DNA from: Candidatus Krumholzibacteriota bacterium | GTDB taxonomy: Bacteria > Krumholzibacteriota > Krumholzibacteriia > JAJRXK01 | Length of the DNA stretch: 64,000 nucleotides | Direction: 5' to 3' | NCBI GenBank assembly: GCA_963727455.1 | Contig: CAVSGG010000008.1 | Coordinates: 1-64,000 of the forward strand | Part shown: one piece after another, positions 10,001 through 21,881 of the stretch | How positions within the stretch are numbered: position 1 is the first letter of the stretch | Layout: every line of letters starts with the position of its first letter | Notes under the pieces: generated by a model | The model's database searches: none | The model's input: the letters and a program-made list of their open reading frames with translations, nothing else | What the model was told of the DNA's origin: nothing | Made by a program: the position numbers and the translations under genes

Positions 10001-13000
10001 ATCCTGCCCCTGGCTGCCGGGAACGTCCTTGCGCACGCGAATCTCCTGCCCGGGCGCGAGATTGGCGTAGTCCAGCTGGAGGGATTGTTCTTTCTCCGCC
10101 ACGTTGTTGCGCGTATCGGGAAACACGGGCGGAATGTAATCTGGATTGTCTTTGTTGTTGAGAACTCCCACCCGGAATTCGGCCGGTGCCTCCGCTCCCG
10201 CCGGGAGCCGCTCGTGACTCTGCGAATCGTGAATGCCGTCCGTCAGCCAGCGATTGCCTAAAAAGCGCATCTCCGCAAATTCGAGATCCCGTCTGCCTTT
10301 CGTGCTCCCGCCGGGCACTTCGTACCAGATGCGAAGGAATCGCACTTTGGAGAGATCGGGTGCCTTGGCGAGAAAGTTCGCTTCGCCCAGGCGTGCCAGC
10401 CGCAGCTGGATGTCCTTCATGTCCAGGCGATACTTGCGCCATGAGTCGTTGATTTTCCGATCGTCATCCGACACGAAGGTGGGATAATCGCGGTTCACAT
10501 CCACCAAAATGTGGTCCGTGTCGTTCAGGGGCACCGTCAAGGTGTAGTAGGCGTCGGCCATGTCGAGCGAGCCGTTGAGGTTGATATCCTCGCTGTCCAG
10601 GCGCTGGTTGAGTTCCAAGCCGTTGATGCGCGGGAAAGGGTCCGTATCGTCTTCGCGACTCGAGTCGAAGTCGTCGCCCCCCGGATCGTCGGATCGGTAC
10701 GGGACGTTCTGGAATGGAGTCACTGCAGAACCTTCAACTGCGTTGGCAAGTCCATCCAAACCCACGTCCTCCGAAGTGCTCAATTGGCCATCGTTGTCTT
10801 GATCTTCGTTGTTCAGGACTCCTTGTTTGAACTCGAACTCCCCGGTATTCTTATTGAACTGCCACCAGTAGAAATCCTCGTTGATGAAACCGAAGTCGAA
10901 GTGCAGGACCCCTTCGCGGTCCGCGAGGTTTTTCTGGAAATCGTTGACCCAGAATTCAAGATACTGCGCCTCGGTCAGATCCAGATCGGCGCCGTAGCCG
11001 CGCATGATGCCGGTGAAGAGGGTGTCGGCGAAGGTGTCGGTTCCCTTGGGTGGCTCCATCTGCAGCTCGAGGGCTGGCACCACATCGCGCCGTTCCTGTT
11101 CGCTCAGATCGGGATTCAAATCCTCTCGGTTTACCGCGGGCGTGGGCCGATACCAGCGCACGTAGGCCCGGTCCTGGGGTTGAAAACGCCGGTTGACGTC
11201 CGAATCACTGGCGTATTCCGCCGGAAGACTGGCCCACCACCAACCCTCGCGACCCATGGGGATCACGTCACTCTTGTCCACGGCTTCGAAGTCGTCGAGA
11301 TAGGCGCTTCCGTTGGTATTGGGATTGGGAATGGAGACCGCGAGTTCGCCGTCCAGCGTCAGGCGGCTTGGCCCTTCCGAGTCGACCCGGGGCAGAAGAT
11401 TGGCGAGACCGGTCAGGATCTTCGGTTGGAATTGCAGCTTCGCCGAGAGATTCCCCACCCAGTTCTTGGTGGGCTCCTCCCCCAACCTGGGCTTGCGGTT
11501 GTTCGAGGGTTTGCTCTGCAGGAGCCAGGTCGTAGACAGGGTCTTGTTCTGTCCCAGATGGTAGCCGAGATTGATGCCGTTCAGGCTGGTGCGTCCCCCT
11601 CCAAAGAGCGGGTCTACCTCGAAATCGACGGTGATGTTGGTCTGTGCGTTCAATTCGCTGGCGGCACCGGTGAGGGTGATCTCCCCGCTGAAGTAGTCGA
11701 TGTCATAATCGACGCCCCGGGTCAGGATGCGGCCATCCAGGCGCACCTGCTCGCTGTTTTCCTTGACGTTGATGGTGCCCAGGGAGAGACGCGAGGACGT
11801 CGAGGAGTGCTTGAATACCAGGTCGAAGAAATGATTGCTCTGCAGGGCGGTGGCGGTGAGGGACTTGAGGTAGAGATCGGGAGCCGGCACTCCGTCGTTG
11901 CCTTTGCCTCCTTCCACGTACCTGCCCTTCAGATAGGAGGGGTCCGCAAACGGCGTCATCTCGGGAAACTCCAGAAGCCCCAGATCGGGAAAGACGAGGT
12001 TCGCCTCCGAACCCGTATCGATGATTCCGTCACCAACCGCCGGGAGATTTGTGTCCTTGGGGATTCTGTTGCCTTGTTGATCGTTGTTGTCTAGACCAAA
12101 GAGATTAATCCAACGCCGGCGGGTGCCATCCGGCGGAACGGTATCGAATTCCCGAAGGGTTTGCTTCACGGTGGTGAGAATCTGCACGTCGAGGGAGGAG
12201 AGGTCGATGCCCACGCCTCGCATGAAGTAGAAGTTGCGAAACATGTACTCCCAGCACAGGTCGAATCCCTGACCGTAGCTCGACAGATTCGTCGGATCGG
12301 GAGCAGTCTGTGAGAGGGGTTTGATGAGTTTGAAGTAGTAGATTCGGTCGTCCGGGACACCGGGGTTGTCGGGATTCTCGATTGCGTCGAAGTCCCCGCT
12401 GAACCAGGGCCGGCCCACGCGCATCACCAGATTACCCTTGTCATCCACCACGTCGTAGGTCACACCCAGAGCCTGGTTGTCATCACTCAGCTCGCTGTTC
12501 AAAAGCACGCCGATCAGCTTTCCTGAGTTCGCGTCCACAAGGGGACGCCACTCGTCGACCGCCAGGCGACGCCAGCGGGGGGCATCCACGAAGTCCTCGT
12601 AATTGGCCAGATTGGGAACCGCGGCAGGATCGGGGAGGCCGCCGGTGTAGCCCCAGTAATACCCGGTGGTTTCCATGTAGGCTCGGCCCGGGTACACGTC
12701 CAGGAGGTTTGATTTGTCCCCGCTCACCACGCCGGTGGGAACGCTTACGTAGAGATCGACAGTGGAGATGTCGATGGTCCAGGTGGAATCCCAGGCCGCG
12801 CTCTGATCTTGAAGACTGGAGGGAATGTCGAGGGTGTCCCCCGGCGCAATTATGTAGGGATTGCCCTGGGCGAAAAAGAAGGGATAGGGCGCGTTCAGGC
12901 GAAAGATCCGGTTCTTCACGTAGTCGGTCGAACTCACCGTGAACTCTTGGGTCGTTCCCCCCGCCGCGGAGAACGAGCGCTTACCCTGCTTGCTCTGCTC

Positions 13001-14029
13001 CTTCGAGGTGAGCACGGTAAAGTCCAACGGCCCCAGGGCTCCCTCCACTTTCACTCCGAAGAGCCCGCCGCGCTGGGCCTGGATACCCAAGAGCCGAGAG
13101 GAGGGCAGAGTCACGTCGATGTTTCCCGCACGAATTGTGCGGATGATGTCGTCCTCGTCGCCCTCGAAGCTCAATTTGACCTCTGTAGCGTCGCTGCCGA
13201 ACTTCTCGCTGTCGTGACTCACCCGCACCTTGATCTTCTCCCCCACCTGGCCGTCCAGATTCACCCGCAAGCTCTGCTGCATTTCCAGGGTGGGAAAGAG
13301 GCTCTGCGACTGCTGAATTTCGTTTCCGAGGAAGTTGTCGCGTACGGTCGAGGTACCGCTGATCGAGATGCTCTCCTGGCCACTGATTCGGATATTGGTG
13401 GCCTCACCTTTCCCGATCAATCTCTCCAAGGTGCGCGGAAGTTTGATGGGTAGGGTGAAGTTCAAGACGCTCTCGGAGGTCTGCTGAGCCATGGCCTGCG
13501 CCTGCAGGCTCTTGCGCCACTGATCGTCCAAAGCCACCGCGGTCAGGCTCCGCATGTAGCCGCGGAGGGTGGTCATCTGAATGTCGACCTGCGGATCCTC
13601 GACCGGGCGGGGCTTCTCGAAGGCGACTCCAACCTGATTCGTGTCGATTTGGCTGAAAAAGAGGAAGGTCTCGGGGAAGCGGTAGCGCACCACGCGATCG
13701 ATCCCGTCGAGAGGCTCGATGACCTCAACCTGCCGCGGCGGTTGAAATAGCTCCATCCCTGCCGCGTCGGCGAAGCGCTTCCGCAGAAGAGTGCTCAAAG
13801 AGACACTCTCCCGCTCGCCGCGGGGATCGACCCCCATGTCCAGCAGTCTCTGCCGGACCAGGGCCTCGTGGGCACTGAGCAGATCGGCGTTGTCGCTGAC
13901 TCTCAGGATGAGATCGAAGAGCCACTTGTCGCGTGGGTAAGTTGGGCGGCCGAGTTCGGTGGCGCGGGCCGAGCTCAGCGCGAACAGAAGCGTCAGGGCG
14001 ACGAATACCAATCGTTTCGGGTTGGCCAA
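7009..14029 (-). CDS. sprA: T9SS outer-membrane translocon SprA/Sov-like protein, with one apparent frameshift near 7475
   Basis: About 2340 aa when joined; signal peptide; G.VGEKIKV, FEGDEDDIIRTIRAGNI..TLP, GLFGVK, GVDYDIDYFSG, KPRLGEEP, AYLDDFE and KEQSL motifs. ORF 7009-7380 supplies the beta-barrel C-terminus ending ATFTF. Confidence 0.88.
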
Positions 14030-14306
14030 AGCAGTTGTCGCCTCACGCGTTCTGGAGCTTCAGGATTTGTCCCCGCCACGGGCATACCCCAACGACTGTC
14101 CCCTCTCAAGGACAAAGTCTGACCCCCAAGGAGGTCATCCGGGGTCGGTCTTCAGGCCCCACCCGACGGCTCAGGGTCCCTCTCGCCCTCAGAAATCGTG
14201 CTCCTCGCGGGAACCGATCGTCAAAGCGGCAAGTATCGGTTGAGGTGGCAAAGAGAGCAACATAGACTCACGCCGCGAGCGCATTTCCCCGGCTGGAAAA
14301 CCATCC

Positions 14307-15674
14307 ATGTCCTTGATTGATCGGCACATCCTGCGAACCTTCTTCCCGCCGTTCTTCTTCGGACTGGTGGTCACCACCTTCATCCTGATGATCGACATTC
14401 TGCAAAAATATGTCGATCTCTTCCTGGGCAAGGGCATCAGTCTGACCCTCGCCAGCGAAGTATTGCTCTTGAGCCTGGGCCATATTTTTGCACTTACCGT
14501 ACCAATGGCCATTCTGATCGGGGTCCTGATGTCCGTGGGACATCTGGCAGCCGATAGCGAGATCACCGCCCTCAAGGCCACCGGGGTGAGCCTCTACCGG
14601 GTGGCCGCCCCCCTGATCCTGGTGGGTCTTCTGACCGGCATCGTGATGGTGGGTTACAATCACTACGTTCTGCCCCGGACCAATCTGCGGCTGACGGGTC
14701 TCTTGATCGATATCCACCACAAGCGCCCGACCTTTGCCATCCGGGAGAACGCCTTCGTCAAGATTGACGACGAGTACACGATTTTTGTGCGACATAAGAA
14801 CGATCGCACCGGAAGGCTGGATGACGTCATCCTGGTTCAGCGGGAAGGAAGAGGCGACACGCACCCCGATCTCATCGTGGCTAAGTGGGGACAGCTCTCC
14901 ACCAAGACCCCGGGGCGCATCGAGCTGGATCTTTACAACGGGGAATATCACAGTCTCCCGGATCGCCAGGACTTGAACGTCTACCATCGGACTGCGTTCG
15001 AACGGCAGAAAGTCACCATCACTCTCGACGACGACTTCGCCTTCGGCGGCAACCAGGTGGTCAAGAACGACCGCTCCATGGATCTGTCCGAGCTGCGGGC
15101 CGAGCGGAAATCTGAGTTCGGGCTCTATCGAAAATCTCTCTCCGAATCTCAAGAGTTGGTGGATCAAGCTCTCGCTCCGATCCTGGCGCTGTGGCGAGAG
15201 GGCAGAGTGGAGCCTGCGGGAACCGACGGCACTCAGTTGGAGGAGCGAAGGCAGCTGGCCAGTGAGTTCGATCGCAAGGCGCGAGCGCTGGCGGTGAAAT
15301 CGCAGGTCGCGCGTTCGCACTTGAATCGCTCGGGCCGCTACGCAGTGGAATATCATAAGAAGTTCGCCATCCCCGGGGCCTGCCTCGTCTTCGTTCTCAT
15401 CGGTGTACCCTTGGCCATCACCACCTCGCGCGGAGGTCGGGGCGTCTCGATCGGTTTGAGCCTCGCCGCCTACATCGTCTATTACCTCTTTCTCTCGGGG
15501 GGCGAGAAACTCGCGGATCGTGGGCTCCTCTCGCCCTGGGTGGCGATGTGGGCGGCCAATCTCGTCCTGGGTCCCCTGGGGCTCCTCATTCTTTATCAGT
15601 CCGTACAGGAGACCCGGATCGTGGAAATCCGTCTGCCGGCCAAGATCAAGCGCATGTGGAAATCCCAGGCATGA
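14307..15674 (+). CDS. lptF: LPS export ABC transporter permease LptF
   Basis: LIDRHIL, TVPMAILIGVL..GHLAADSEITALKATGVS and EYHKKFAIP motifs. Confidence 0.9.
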   Translation: MSLIDRHILRTFFPPFFFGLVVTTFILMIDILQKYVDLFLGKGISLTLASEVLLLSLGHIFALTVPMAILIGVLMSVGHLAADSEITALKATGVSLYRVAAPLILVGLLTGIVMVGYNHYVLPRTNLRLTGLLIDIHHKRPTFAIRENAFVKIDDEYTIFVRHKNDRTGRLDDVILVQREGRGDTHPDLIVAKWGQLSTKTPGRIELDLYNGEYHSLPDRQDLNVYHRTAFERQKVTITLDDDFAFGGNQVVKNDRSMDLSELRAERKSEFGLYRKSLSESQELVDQALAPILALWREGRVEPAGTDGTQLEERRQLASEFDRKARALAVKSQVARSHLNRSGRYAVEYHKKFAIPGACLVFVLIGVPLAITTSRGGRGVSIGLSLAAYIVYYLFLSGGEKLADRGLLSPWVAMWAANLVLGPLGLLILYQSVQETRIVEIRLPAKIKRMWKSQA

Positions 15675-16747
15675 AGCTCATCGATCGCTACGTTCTCAGC
15701 GCGTTTTTGCGCGTGCTCTTCTGGTCCATCCTGGCGTTCGTGGCCATCTTCCTCTTGATCGACCTCTTCGACCACCTCGACAATTTTCTGGACGACAACG
15801 CGCGCCTCTTGCCAATTCTGCGCTACTACCTCTATCAGCTACCGCTGGTCATCGATTTATGCCTGCCGGTGGGCATGCTCTTAGCGAGTCTCTTCACGGT
15901 GGGCGTTCTGTCCAAGAACAACGAATACACTTCGCTGCTCTCGGCGGGCGTGAGCCTGACGCGCCTATCGCGTTCCATCCTCATTTTCGGCATTCTCGTC
16001 TCGCTGGGCGCTCTGTTCTTCCGAGAATACGTGGTGCCCGAATCGAATCGCCGCCAACGAGAGATTCTCAAATACGAGATCGAGGGCAAGATACGCCAGG
16101 ACCTCATGTCCAAACGCAACTTCACCTACATCGGGCAAAAGGGCGAAGTGTACGTGATCGCCTCCTTCAGACCCAGCCCTCCGACTTTGACTGGCTTCTC
16201 GATGGAGGTTTTCGCGGATAGCGTCATGGTGCGCAGAATCGACGCGGAGCGCGCGCGCTGGGACGGCCAGAAGTGGGTGGCGGAAAACGGCGCAATCCGC
16301 GAATTCCACAACGGGAAGGAAACGGTGAAGCCCTTCACCAAGTACCGCGTGGAGGAATCTCTGGAAAAGCCGGAGGATTTTAGCCGACGCGAGATTGACC
16401 CGGCGGACATGAACTACTTCCAGCTGGGGCGCTTCGCCGAATGGGTGGGGCGCAACGGGGGTAACCCCACTCCCTACCGAGCCACCATGGCCAATAAGCT
16501 GGCTTTTCCGCTGGTGAACTTCCTCATGGTCGTGCTCGGTCTGTCGCTCGGAGCAGCACGTCAAAAGACCACGCTCTGGGCGGGCTTCGGTTTGACGGTG
16601 GCACTGGGCTTCGTCTACTGGATTCTCATGGACTTCGGACTGTCCCTGGGGAAAACCGGAGCGCTGCCGGTGTGGATCTCCGCCTGGGGTCCCAACATCC
16701 TCTACGGGATCCTGGGGAGTGTCCTATTCTACCGGGCAAACCGCTGA
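15671..16747 (+). CDS. lptG: LPS export ABC transporter permease LptG
   Basis: MKLIDRYV start overlapping the lptF stop; LSKNNEYTSLLSAGVS, KLAFPL and AWGPN motifs. Confidence 0.9.
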   Translation: MKLIDRYVLSAFLRVLFWSILAFVAIFLLIDLFDHLDNFLDDNARLLPILRYYLYQLPLVIDLCLPVGMLLASLFTVGVLSKNNEYTSLLSAGVSLTRLSRSILIFGILVSLGALFFREYVVPESNRRQREILKYEIEGKIRQDLMSKRNFTYIGQKGEVYVIASFRPSPPTLTGFSMEVFADSVMVRRIDAERARWDGQKWVAENGAIREFHNGKETVKPFTKYRVEESLEKPEDFSRREIDPADMNYFQLGRFAEWVGRNGGNPTPYRATMANKLAFPLVNFLMVVLGLSLGAARQKTTLWAGFGLTVALGFVYWILMDFGLSLGKTGALPVWISAWGPNILYGILGSVLFYRANR

Positions 16748-16751
16748 GCTC

Positions 16752-17912
16752 TCAGAGCATGTCGCGGATGGCATCCACGCGGTCCAGCTTCTCCCAACTG
16801 AAACCCTCCTCTTCGCGACCGAAGTGCCCGTAGGCCGCGGTTCGACGATACAGAGAGCCGCGTCGCAGCTTGAGATCGGTGATGATTCCGTTCGGGGTCA
16901 GATTCCAGAGTTCGCGTACGATAGCAGTCATGCGTTCGTTGGGAACTTTGGCCGTGCCGAAGCTCTCCACGCGAACCGAAACCGGCTCCGCAACGCCGAT
17001 CGCGTAAGCCAGTTGAACTTCCAACTTCTCGGCCGCACCGGCCGCCACCAGGTTCTTCGCGATGTGACGTGCGACATAGGAGGCGGAACGATCCACCTTG
17101 GAAGGGTCTTTCCCGCTGAACGCGCCGCCACCATGGCGGCCCATTCCACCGTAGGTGTCCACGATGATCTTGCGTCCGGTCAACCCGCAGTCGGCCTGTG
17201 GGCCTCCGAGGACAAAACGACCAGTGGGGTTTACGAAGAACTTCGTATCCGAGAAGTCCAGTCCCGAGGCCTCGAGGGTGGGCTTGGCGACCTCCCCCAC
17301 CATGTCTTCGCGGATGCGATCCAGCGTGGCGGCTTCGGCGTGCTGAGTGGAGACCACCACGGCGGATACGCGCACGGGCTTGTGATCTTCGTACTCCACC
17401 GTCACCTGGGTCTTCCCGTCCGGTCGCAGGTAACCAAAGGTGCCGGCCTTGCGAACCTCGGCCAGACGGCGCGCCATTTTGTGAGCCAAGGAGATCGGTG
17501 CCGGCATGTACTCGGGGGTTTCGTCGCTGGCGTATCCGAACATGAGTCCCTGATCGCCCGCTCCTTGTGCCTCCGGTTTCTCGCGATCCACTCCCTGCTT
17601 GATGTCGGGAGACTGCGCGTCGATGCTGGTGAGCACCGCGCAAGTTTGCGCGTCGAAACCGTAGGCCGCATCGGTATAGCCAATCGAACGGATCGTGGCC
17701 CGAGTGATTTCGGGAATATCCACGTAGACCTCGGTGCTGATTTCACCCGCAACCAAGCACAATCCCGTGGTCACTAGAGTCTCGCAGGCGACGCGGCCGT
17801 TGGGATCCTTGGCGAGAATCGCATCCACCACGCTATCCGATACTTGGTCCGCAACCTTGTCCGGGTGGCCTTCGGTTACCGACTCTGAGGTAAATAGATG
17901 CTTCTCGGCCAT
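16752..17912 (-). CDS. metK: S-adenosylmethionine synthetase
   Basis: [19 protein letters not shown] and [16 protein letters not shown] motifs. Confidence 0.99.
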   Translation of the reverse strand: MAEKHLFTSESVTEGHPDKVADQVSDSVVDAILAKDPNGRVACETLVTTGLCLVAGEISTEVYVDIPEITRATIRSIGYTDAAYGFDAQTCAVLTSIDAQSPDIKQGVDREKPEAQGAGDQGLMFGYASDETPEYMPAPISLAHKMARRLAEVRKAGTFGYLRPDGKTQVTVEYEDHKPVRVSAVVVSTQHAEAATLDRIREDMVGEVAKPTLEASGLDFSDTKFFVNPTGRFVLGGPQADCGLTGRKIIVDTYGGMGRHGGGAFSGKDPSKVDRSASYVARHIAKNLVAAGAAEKLEVQLAYAIGVAEPVSVRVESFGTAKVPNERMTAIVRELWNLTPNGIITDLKLRRGSLYRRTAAYGHFGREEEGFSWEKLDRVDAIRDML

Positions 17913-18036
17913 CGAAGGCCCTCCTTGCTTCTTCCGGGGAGATCGCGGGTACTTCGGGCACGAGGGGCCCAGAGCTCACGAATTACGCTCCTGAACTTTG
18001 GAGACGTTAGCTGGGGATGCTAACGCAATGCGGGCC

Positions 18037-19014
18037 TCAACGCAATTCTACTTGCGAGAAGTCGCCCACGTTGAGTTGGGCGCCCCGCCCAATCACCTTG
18101 GCCTTCGCGCCGACCAGACTGCCCTCGAGATTGGCCCCATCGATGGAGGCTCCGTCATTGATGATGCTGTTGGCGACGATACTCCCCTGAATGACGGCGT
18201 CTCGCCCCACGGTAACGTGCGGGCCGATCACGCTTCCGCTCAGCTTGGCCGTTGGATGCACCACCACGGGCTCCTTGATCACGACCGACCCCTCCGCGTA
18301 GATCTGTCCTTCGTCACCCAAGAGCACCCGATTCGTCTCGAGCAATGTTTCTGGCTTGCCGCAGTCGTACCATCCGTCGATTTCCTGCGAGTAGAACTCT
18401 TCCCCCCTCTGAAGGAGCAACTGCAGCGCATCGGTCAGCTGGAATTCGTTCCTGGTGCGGATGCCTTCCCTCACGATCTCGTCGAGCGCATCGAACAAGA
18501 GCTCGCTCTTTTGAAAGGTGTAGAGGCCTACGATCGCTTGGTTGCTCGTGGGATTTTCTGGCTTTTCCACGAAGCGTGTCACCCTCGTCTTGTCCAGCTC
18601 CACGATCCCGAAACGCCGCGGGTCCTCGACTGCGCAAGTGGCGATGATGTTCTGGGGACTCCGGATGATGGAAGGCAGATCGGCGCGCACCACCGTATCG
18701 CCGAGGATGGTCAAGAGAGGACCGCGCTGCACGACGTCCTTGCACATACCCACCGCATGCCCCAAGCCCAGCCGCTGCTTTTGCTCCACGTAGCTGACGC
18801 GCAGCTCGGGGTGCTCTTCGGAGACGTACTTGCGGATGCTGTCTCCCCGATATCCCACCACGATCACGAACTCCTCGATTCCCGCGCTGGAAAGATCTTC
18901 CAGGATGTGTCCCAGGATCGGCCGACCGGCCACCAGCAGCAGTGCTTTGGGTACGGTGATCGTGTGGGGACGTAAGCGTTTGCCGGCTCCGGCGGCGGGA
19001 ATCAGGGCTTTCAT
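18037..19014 (-). CDS. Sugar-1-phosphate nucleotidyltransferase (RmlA/GCD1-like, with C-terminal left-handed beta-helix)
   Basis: IPAAGAGKRLRPHT..PK, FVEKP and WYDCGK motifs; hexapeptide C-terminus. Confidence 0.9.
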   Translation of the reverse strand: MKALIPAAGAGKRLRPHTITVPKALLLVAGRPILGHILEDLSSAGIEEFVIVVGYRGDSIRKYVSEEHPELRVSYVEQKQRLGLGHAVGMCKDVVQRGPLLTILGDTVVRADLPSIIRSPQNIIATCAVEDPRRFGIVELDKTRVTRFVEKPENPTSNQAIVGLYTFQKSELLFDALDEIVREGIRTRNEFQLTDALQLLLQRGEEFYSQEIDGWYDCGKPETLLETNRVLLGDEGQIYAEGSVVIKEPVVVHPTAKLSGSVIGPHVTVGRDAVIQGSIVANSIINDGASIDGANLEGSLVGAKAKVIGRGAQLNVGDFSQVELR

Positions 19015-19046
19015 CGCAGGTATTCCTCCGTGGGGGTTCTCCAGCC

Positions 19047-20099
19047 TCAAGTCTGCGGCTCGGAGAGTTTCTGCTTGAGCATGTCGATCGCCGACACCGG
19101 GGTAGCTTCGATTCCTCCGGCCTGCGCGAGATAGACGGATAGATAGTCACCGAAGAGCACGAGGCTCATGGCGCGGGCGATCGGCGAATTTCCCACACTT
19201 TCGATGTTCTCCCACTGGGGCACACGAGCTCCCAAGACGGACTTTGTCAGACCAAAGCGGCGCTGAACGCGCGGATGGTCGGACCGGTCACGCAGGGCGA
19301 TCACGAAGCTCTCGGCTCGCACGCGGGTCGGTACCTCCCAGCCCACGATCTCGTTGTGATTCAACTCCGGAAGAACACTGCAGTAGGCCAGGGCCTTGCC
19401 GTTCTCGTTGATTTGGGCGCACCACCGTCGCGCGACGGCCGCACCGATTCCTTCCGCAGAATAGATCAGAGGCAGCTTGCCGTAGAGCCGCCGTGCCAGA
19501 CGGCGGGCAGGATTATTCGTTTCGTTCGCGGCCGCTCCCATACTCGCGACGCCCTGTTGCAAGATTTCGACGGTTTCCGCGAGTCCCTCTGCCACTCCCT
19601 CCATGAGATCGAAGTGCGAGAGCAGGCGCAGCAGAACCCCCAGGCCGTATCCCAGGCTGGCCCTTGGAGGCAAACCGGAAGGCAGGATCAGACCTGGCAC
19701 CTCGGCCTCCCGGGCCTTTTCCAGCAAAGCACCCCCCGAACTGATGACGAGCTTGGGGGCCGATGGGACGTTCTTCCCGGCTGAGGACCAGCAGGAGAGG
19801 ACCTCTTCGGTATTTCCGGAGTAGGACGAAAAGATGACGAGCGTTTCGTCGTCGACCCAGGCGGGAAGACGGTATCCGCGGTTGAGCGCGAGCAACACGG
19901 GTGCGTCGAAGAGAAGGCCCTGTGCCAGCATTCCCGCCGCGGCGCTCCCACCCATTCCGCACACGATGATGCGCTTGCGCGCCAGAGAGCGGGGGATCGT
20001 AGCCTCCTGGAAAATCTGTTCGCTCTCTTCGATCTGTCGCGGCAGAGTTCCCACCAGTTCGAGCATGGGTTCACGGGGCATCTTGGACGATGGACTCAT
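19047..20099 (-). CDS. Bifunctional phosphoglucose/phosphomannose isomerase (SIS fold)
   Basis: CGMGGSA, SYSGNTEE, RWCAQINENGK and PELNHNEIVG motifs. Confidence 0.92.
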   Translation of the reverse strand: MSPSSKMPREPMLELVGTLPRQIEESEQIFQEATIPRSLARKRIIVCGMGGSAAAGMLAQGLLFDAPVLLALNRGYRLPAWVDDETLVIFSSYSGNTEEVLSCWSSAGKNVPSAPKLVISSGGALLEKAREAEVPGLILPSGLPPRASLGYGLGVLLRLLSHFDLMEGVAEGLAETVEILQQGVASMGAAANETNNPARRLARRLYGKLPLIYSAEGIGAAVARRWCAQINENGKALAYCSVLPELNHNEIVGWEVPTRVRAESFVIALRDRSDHPRVQRRFGLTKSVLGARVPQWENIESVGNSPIARAMSLVLFGDYLSVYLAQAGGIEATPVSAIDMLKQKLSEPQT

Positions 20100-21877
20100 G
20101 CCAACCCCTCGGCGGGATCGATGGCTGCCTGTTGCTCCTCCTGGAGGATCCCTCTAAGGCCTTTCTTGGCCCGGATCCGCAGGAAGTTTTCCACTTCCTC
20201 GGCGGTGGAAAAGGAGAGCGCTTCCTCTGCCCAGCTTCGCGCCTTGGCGAAGGGAAAGCTGCGAATCGCTTTCTTCACGAGGGGAACCGTGGCAGCGTTC
20301 GTCGAAATCTCGTCGATGCCCATGCCCATGAGCAAGACCGCCAGGCTGGGCGTGCCTCCCATTTCTCCGCAGAGACCGACCCAGATTCCGGCCTCGTGGC
20401 CGGCATCGATCGTCTGTTTGATGGCCCGAAGGACCGCGGGGTGTGAGGGCCGGTGCAGGTAGGCAACACGAGAGTTGGTCCGGTCAACCGCCATGATGTA
20501 CTGAGTGAGATCATTGGTTCCGATGCTGAAGAAATCACATTCCTTCGCGAGCTCCAGGGCCATCGCCACCGCCGCCGGAGTCTCGATCATGATGCCCAAT
20601 TCGACTTCCTCCGCGACCGCCTTGCCTTCCTTCAGGAGTTCCTGTCGACAGCGAGCCGCGATCTTCTTCACTTTTCTCAACTCGCTGACGTCGGTGATCA
20701 TGGGCACCATGATCTTGATCGGACCCAGGGCGCTCACTCGATACAGGGCGCGCAACTGGCTGCGCAGCAGATCGGGATTGGAGAGGAGATATCGCACTCC
20801 TCGCCAACCTAGGAAGGGGTTGTATTCGCGGTAGCCGCCCATCGCCGTGAGAAGTTTGTCGCCACCGACGTCCAGCACCCGAAAAATGACCGGCTTTCCC
20901 TTCGCGCTCTGCACCACCTCGCGATAGGCCTCGAATTGCTCCTCCTCGGCCGGGATCTGACCCTGCAGAAAATAGAAATACTCGGTCCGCAAAAGCCCAA
21001 TCCCCTCAGCGCCGTTCTTGAGCGCCAAGGAGATCTCGACGGGAAGCTCGACGTTTGCCGCCAACTCCACGGAGTGGCCATCCGGAGTGATGGCCGGGAG
21101 GGTCCGCAGCGAGTTCAGTTTTTCCTCGGCCTGCCGCCGGCGCCGAACTCGAGCGGCGAATCTCTCCCTGACCTTGGCTTCGGGACCAACCACGATCTGA
21201 CCCGACATCCCGTCCACCATGAGATCCTCGCCACTCTTCACCTGGCGACTCATGGAGCCCAGGCCCACCACGCAGGGAACACCAAGGCTGCGGGCAATGA
21301 TCGCGGTGTGGCTGCTCGGACCGCCTTCGTCGATACAGAAGCCCTGGATGAGGCTGGGTTCCAGCTCTGCGGTCTGGCTGGGACTCAGCTGGTTGGCGAC
21401 GATGATCACGGGTTCTACAAGCTCGGGGGTCTCGGCCCTCCCTCCCTTCAGGGTGCGAAGAACGCGCTGTTCGACGTCACGGAAATCCTCGATTCTCTCG
21501 CGGAAAAGAGACTCCCCGGAGAGGTGCAGCGGCACCAGGGCCTCCCCGATGGCGCGCGCGAAGGCAGAGCCCGCAGTCATCAGCCGATCGCGAACGAAGC
21601 CGCGGGTGACGCCGAGAACTTCCTCGTCCTCCAGAAGCAACAGTTGCGCATCCAGAATACGGGCATGGCCCTCCCCCAAGTGACCGTGGAGCTGCGAGCG
21701 CAACTCCTCGAGTTCCAGCTTGGTCGTTTGAAGGGCGTCATCGAATCGTACCAGTTCGTCCTCGACTTCGGAGGCTTCACAGTAGCTTAGCCCCTCAGAC
21801 AGGCTCGAGGAGGGGAAGACCAAAGCCTTGCCCAGAACGAGCCCATTCGATGCACCGATGCCACTGAATCTACGCAC
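20096..21877 (-). CDS. ptsI: PTS enzyme I (PEP-protein phosphotransferase)
   Basis: GGPSSHTAIIARS phospho-His motif; GIGLLRTE, NPFLGWRG, FFSIGTNDL and CGEM motifs. Confidence 0.97.
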   Translation of the reverse strand: MRRFSGIGASNGLVLGKALVFPSSSLSEGLSYCEASEVEDELVRFDDALQTTKLELEELRSQLHGHLGEGHARILDAQLLLLEDEEVLGVTRGFVRDRLMTAGSAFARAIGEALVPLHLSGESLFRERIEDFRDVEQRVLRTLKGGRAETPELVEPVIIVANQLSPSQTAELEPSLIQGFCIDEGGPSSHTAIIARSLGVPCVVGLGSMSRQVKSGEDLMVDGMSGQIVVGPEAKVRERFAARVRRRRQAEEKLNSLRTLPAITPDGHSVELAANVELPVEISLALKNGAEGIGLLRTEYFYFLQGQIPAEEEQFEAYREVVQSAKGKPVIFRVLDVGGDKLLTAMGGYREYNPFLGWRGVRYLLSNPDLLRSQLRALYRVSALGPIKIMVPMITDVSELRKVKKIAARCRQELLKEGKAVAEEVELGIMIETPAAVAMALELAKECDFFSIGTNDLTQYIMAVDRTNSRVAYLHRPSHPAVLRAIKQTIDAGHEAGIWVGLCGEMGGTPSLAVLLMGMGIDEISTNAATVPLVKKAIRSFPFAKARSWAEEALSFSTAEEVENFLRIRAKKGLRGILQEEQQAAIDPAEGLA

Positions 21878-21881
21878 TGCT

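Noticed and set aside
17913-18036. Possible SAM riboswitch upstream of metK; hairpin CGTTAGC/GCTAACG at 18005-18025
   Set aside because: No SAM-I or SAM-II consensus elements recognised; only a simple 7-bp hairpin without a U-tract.
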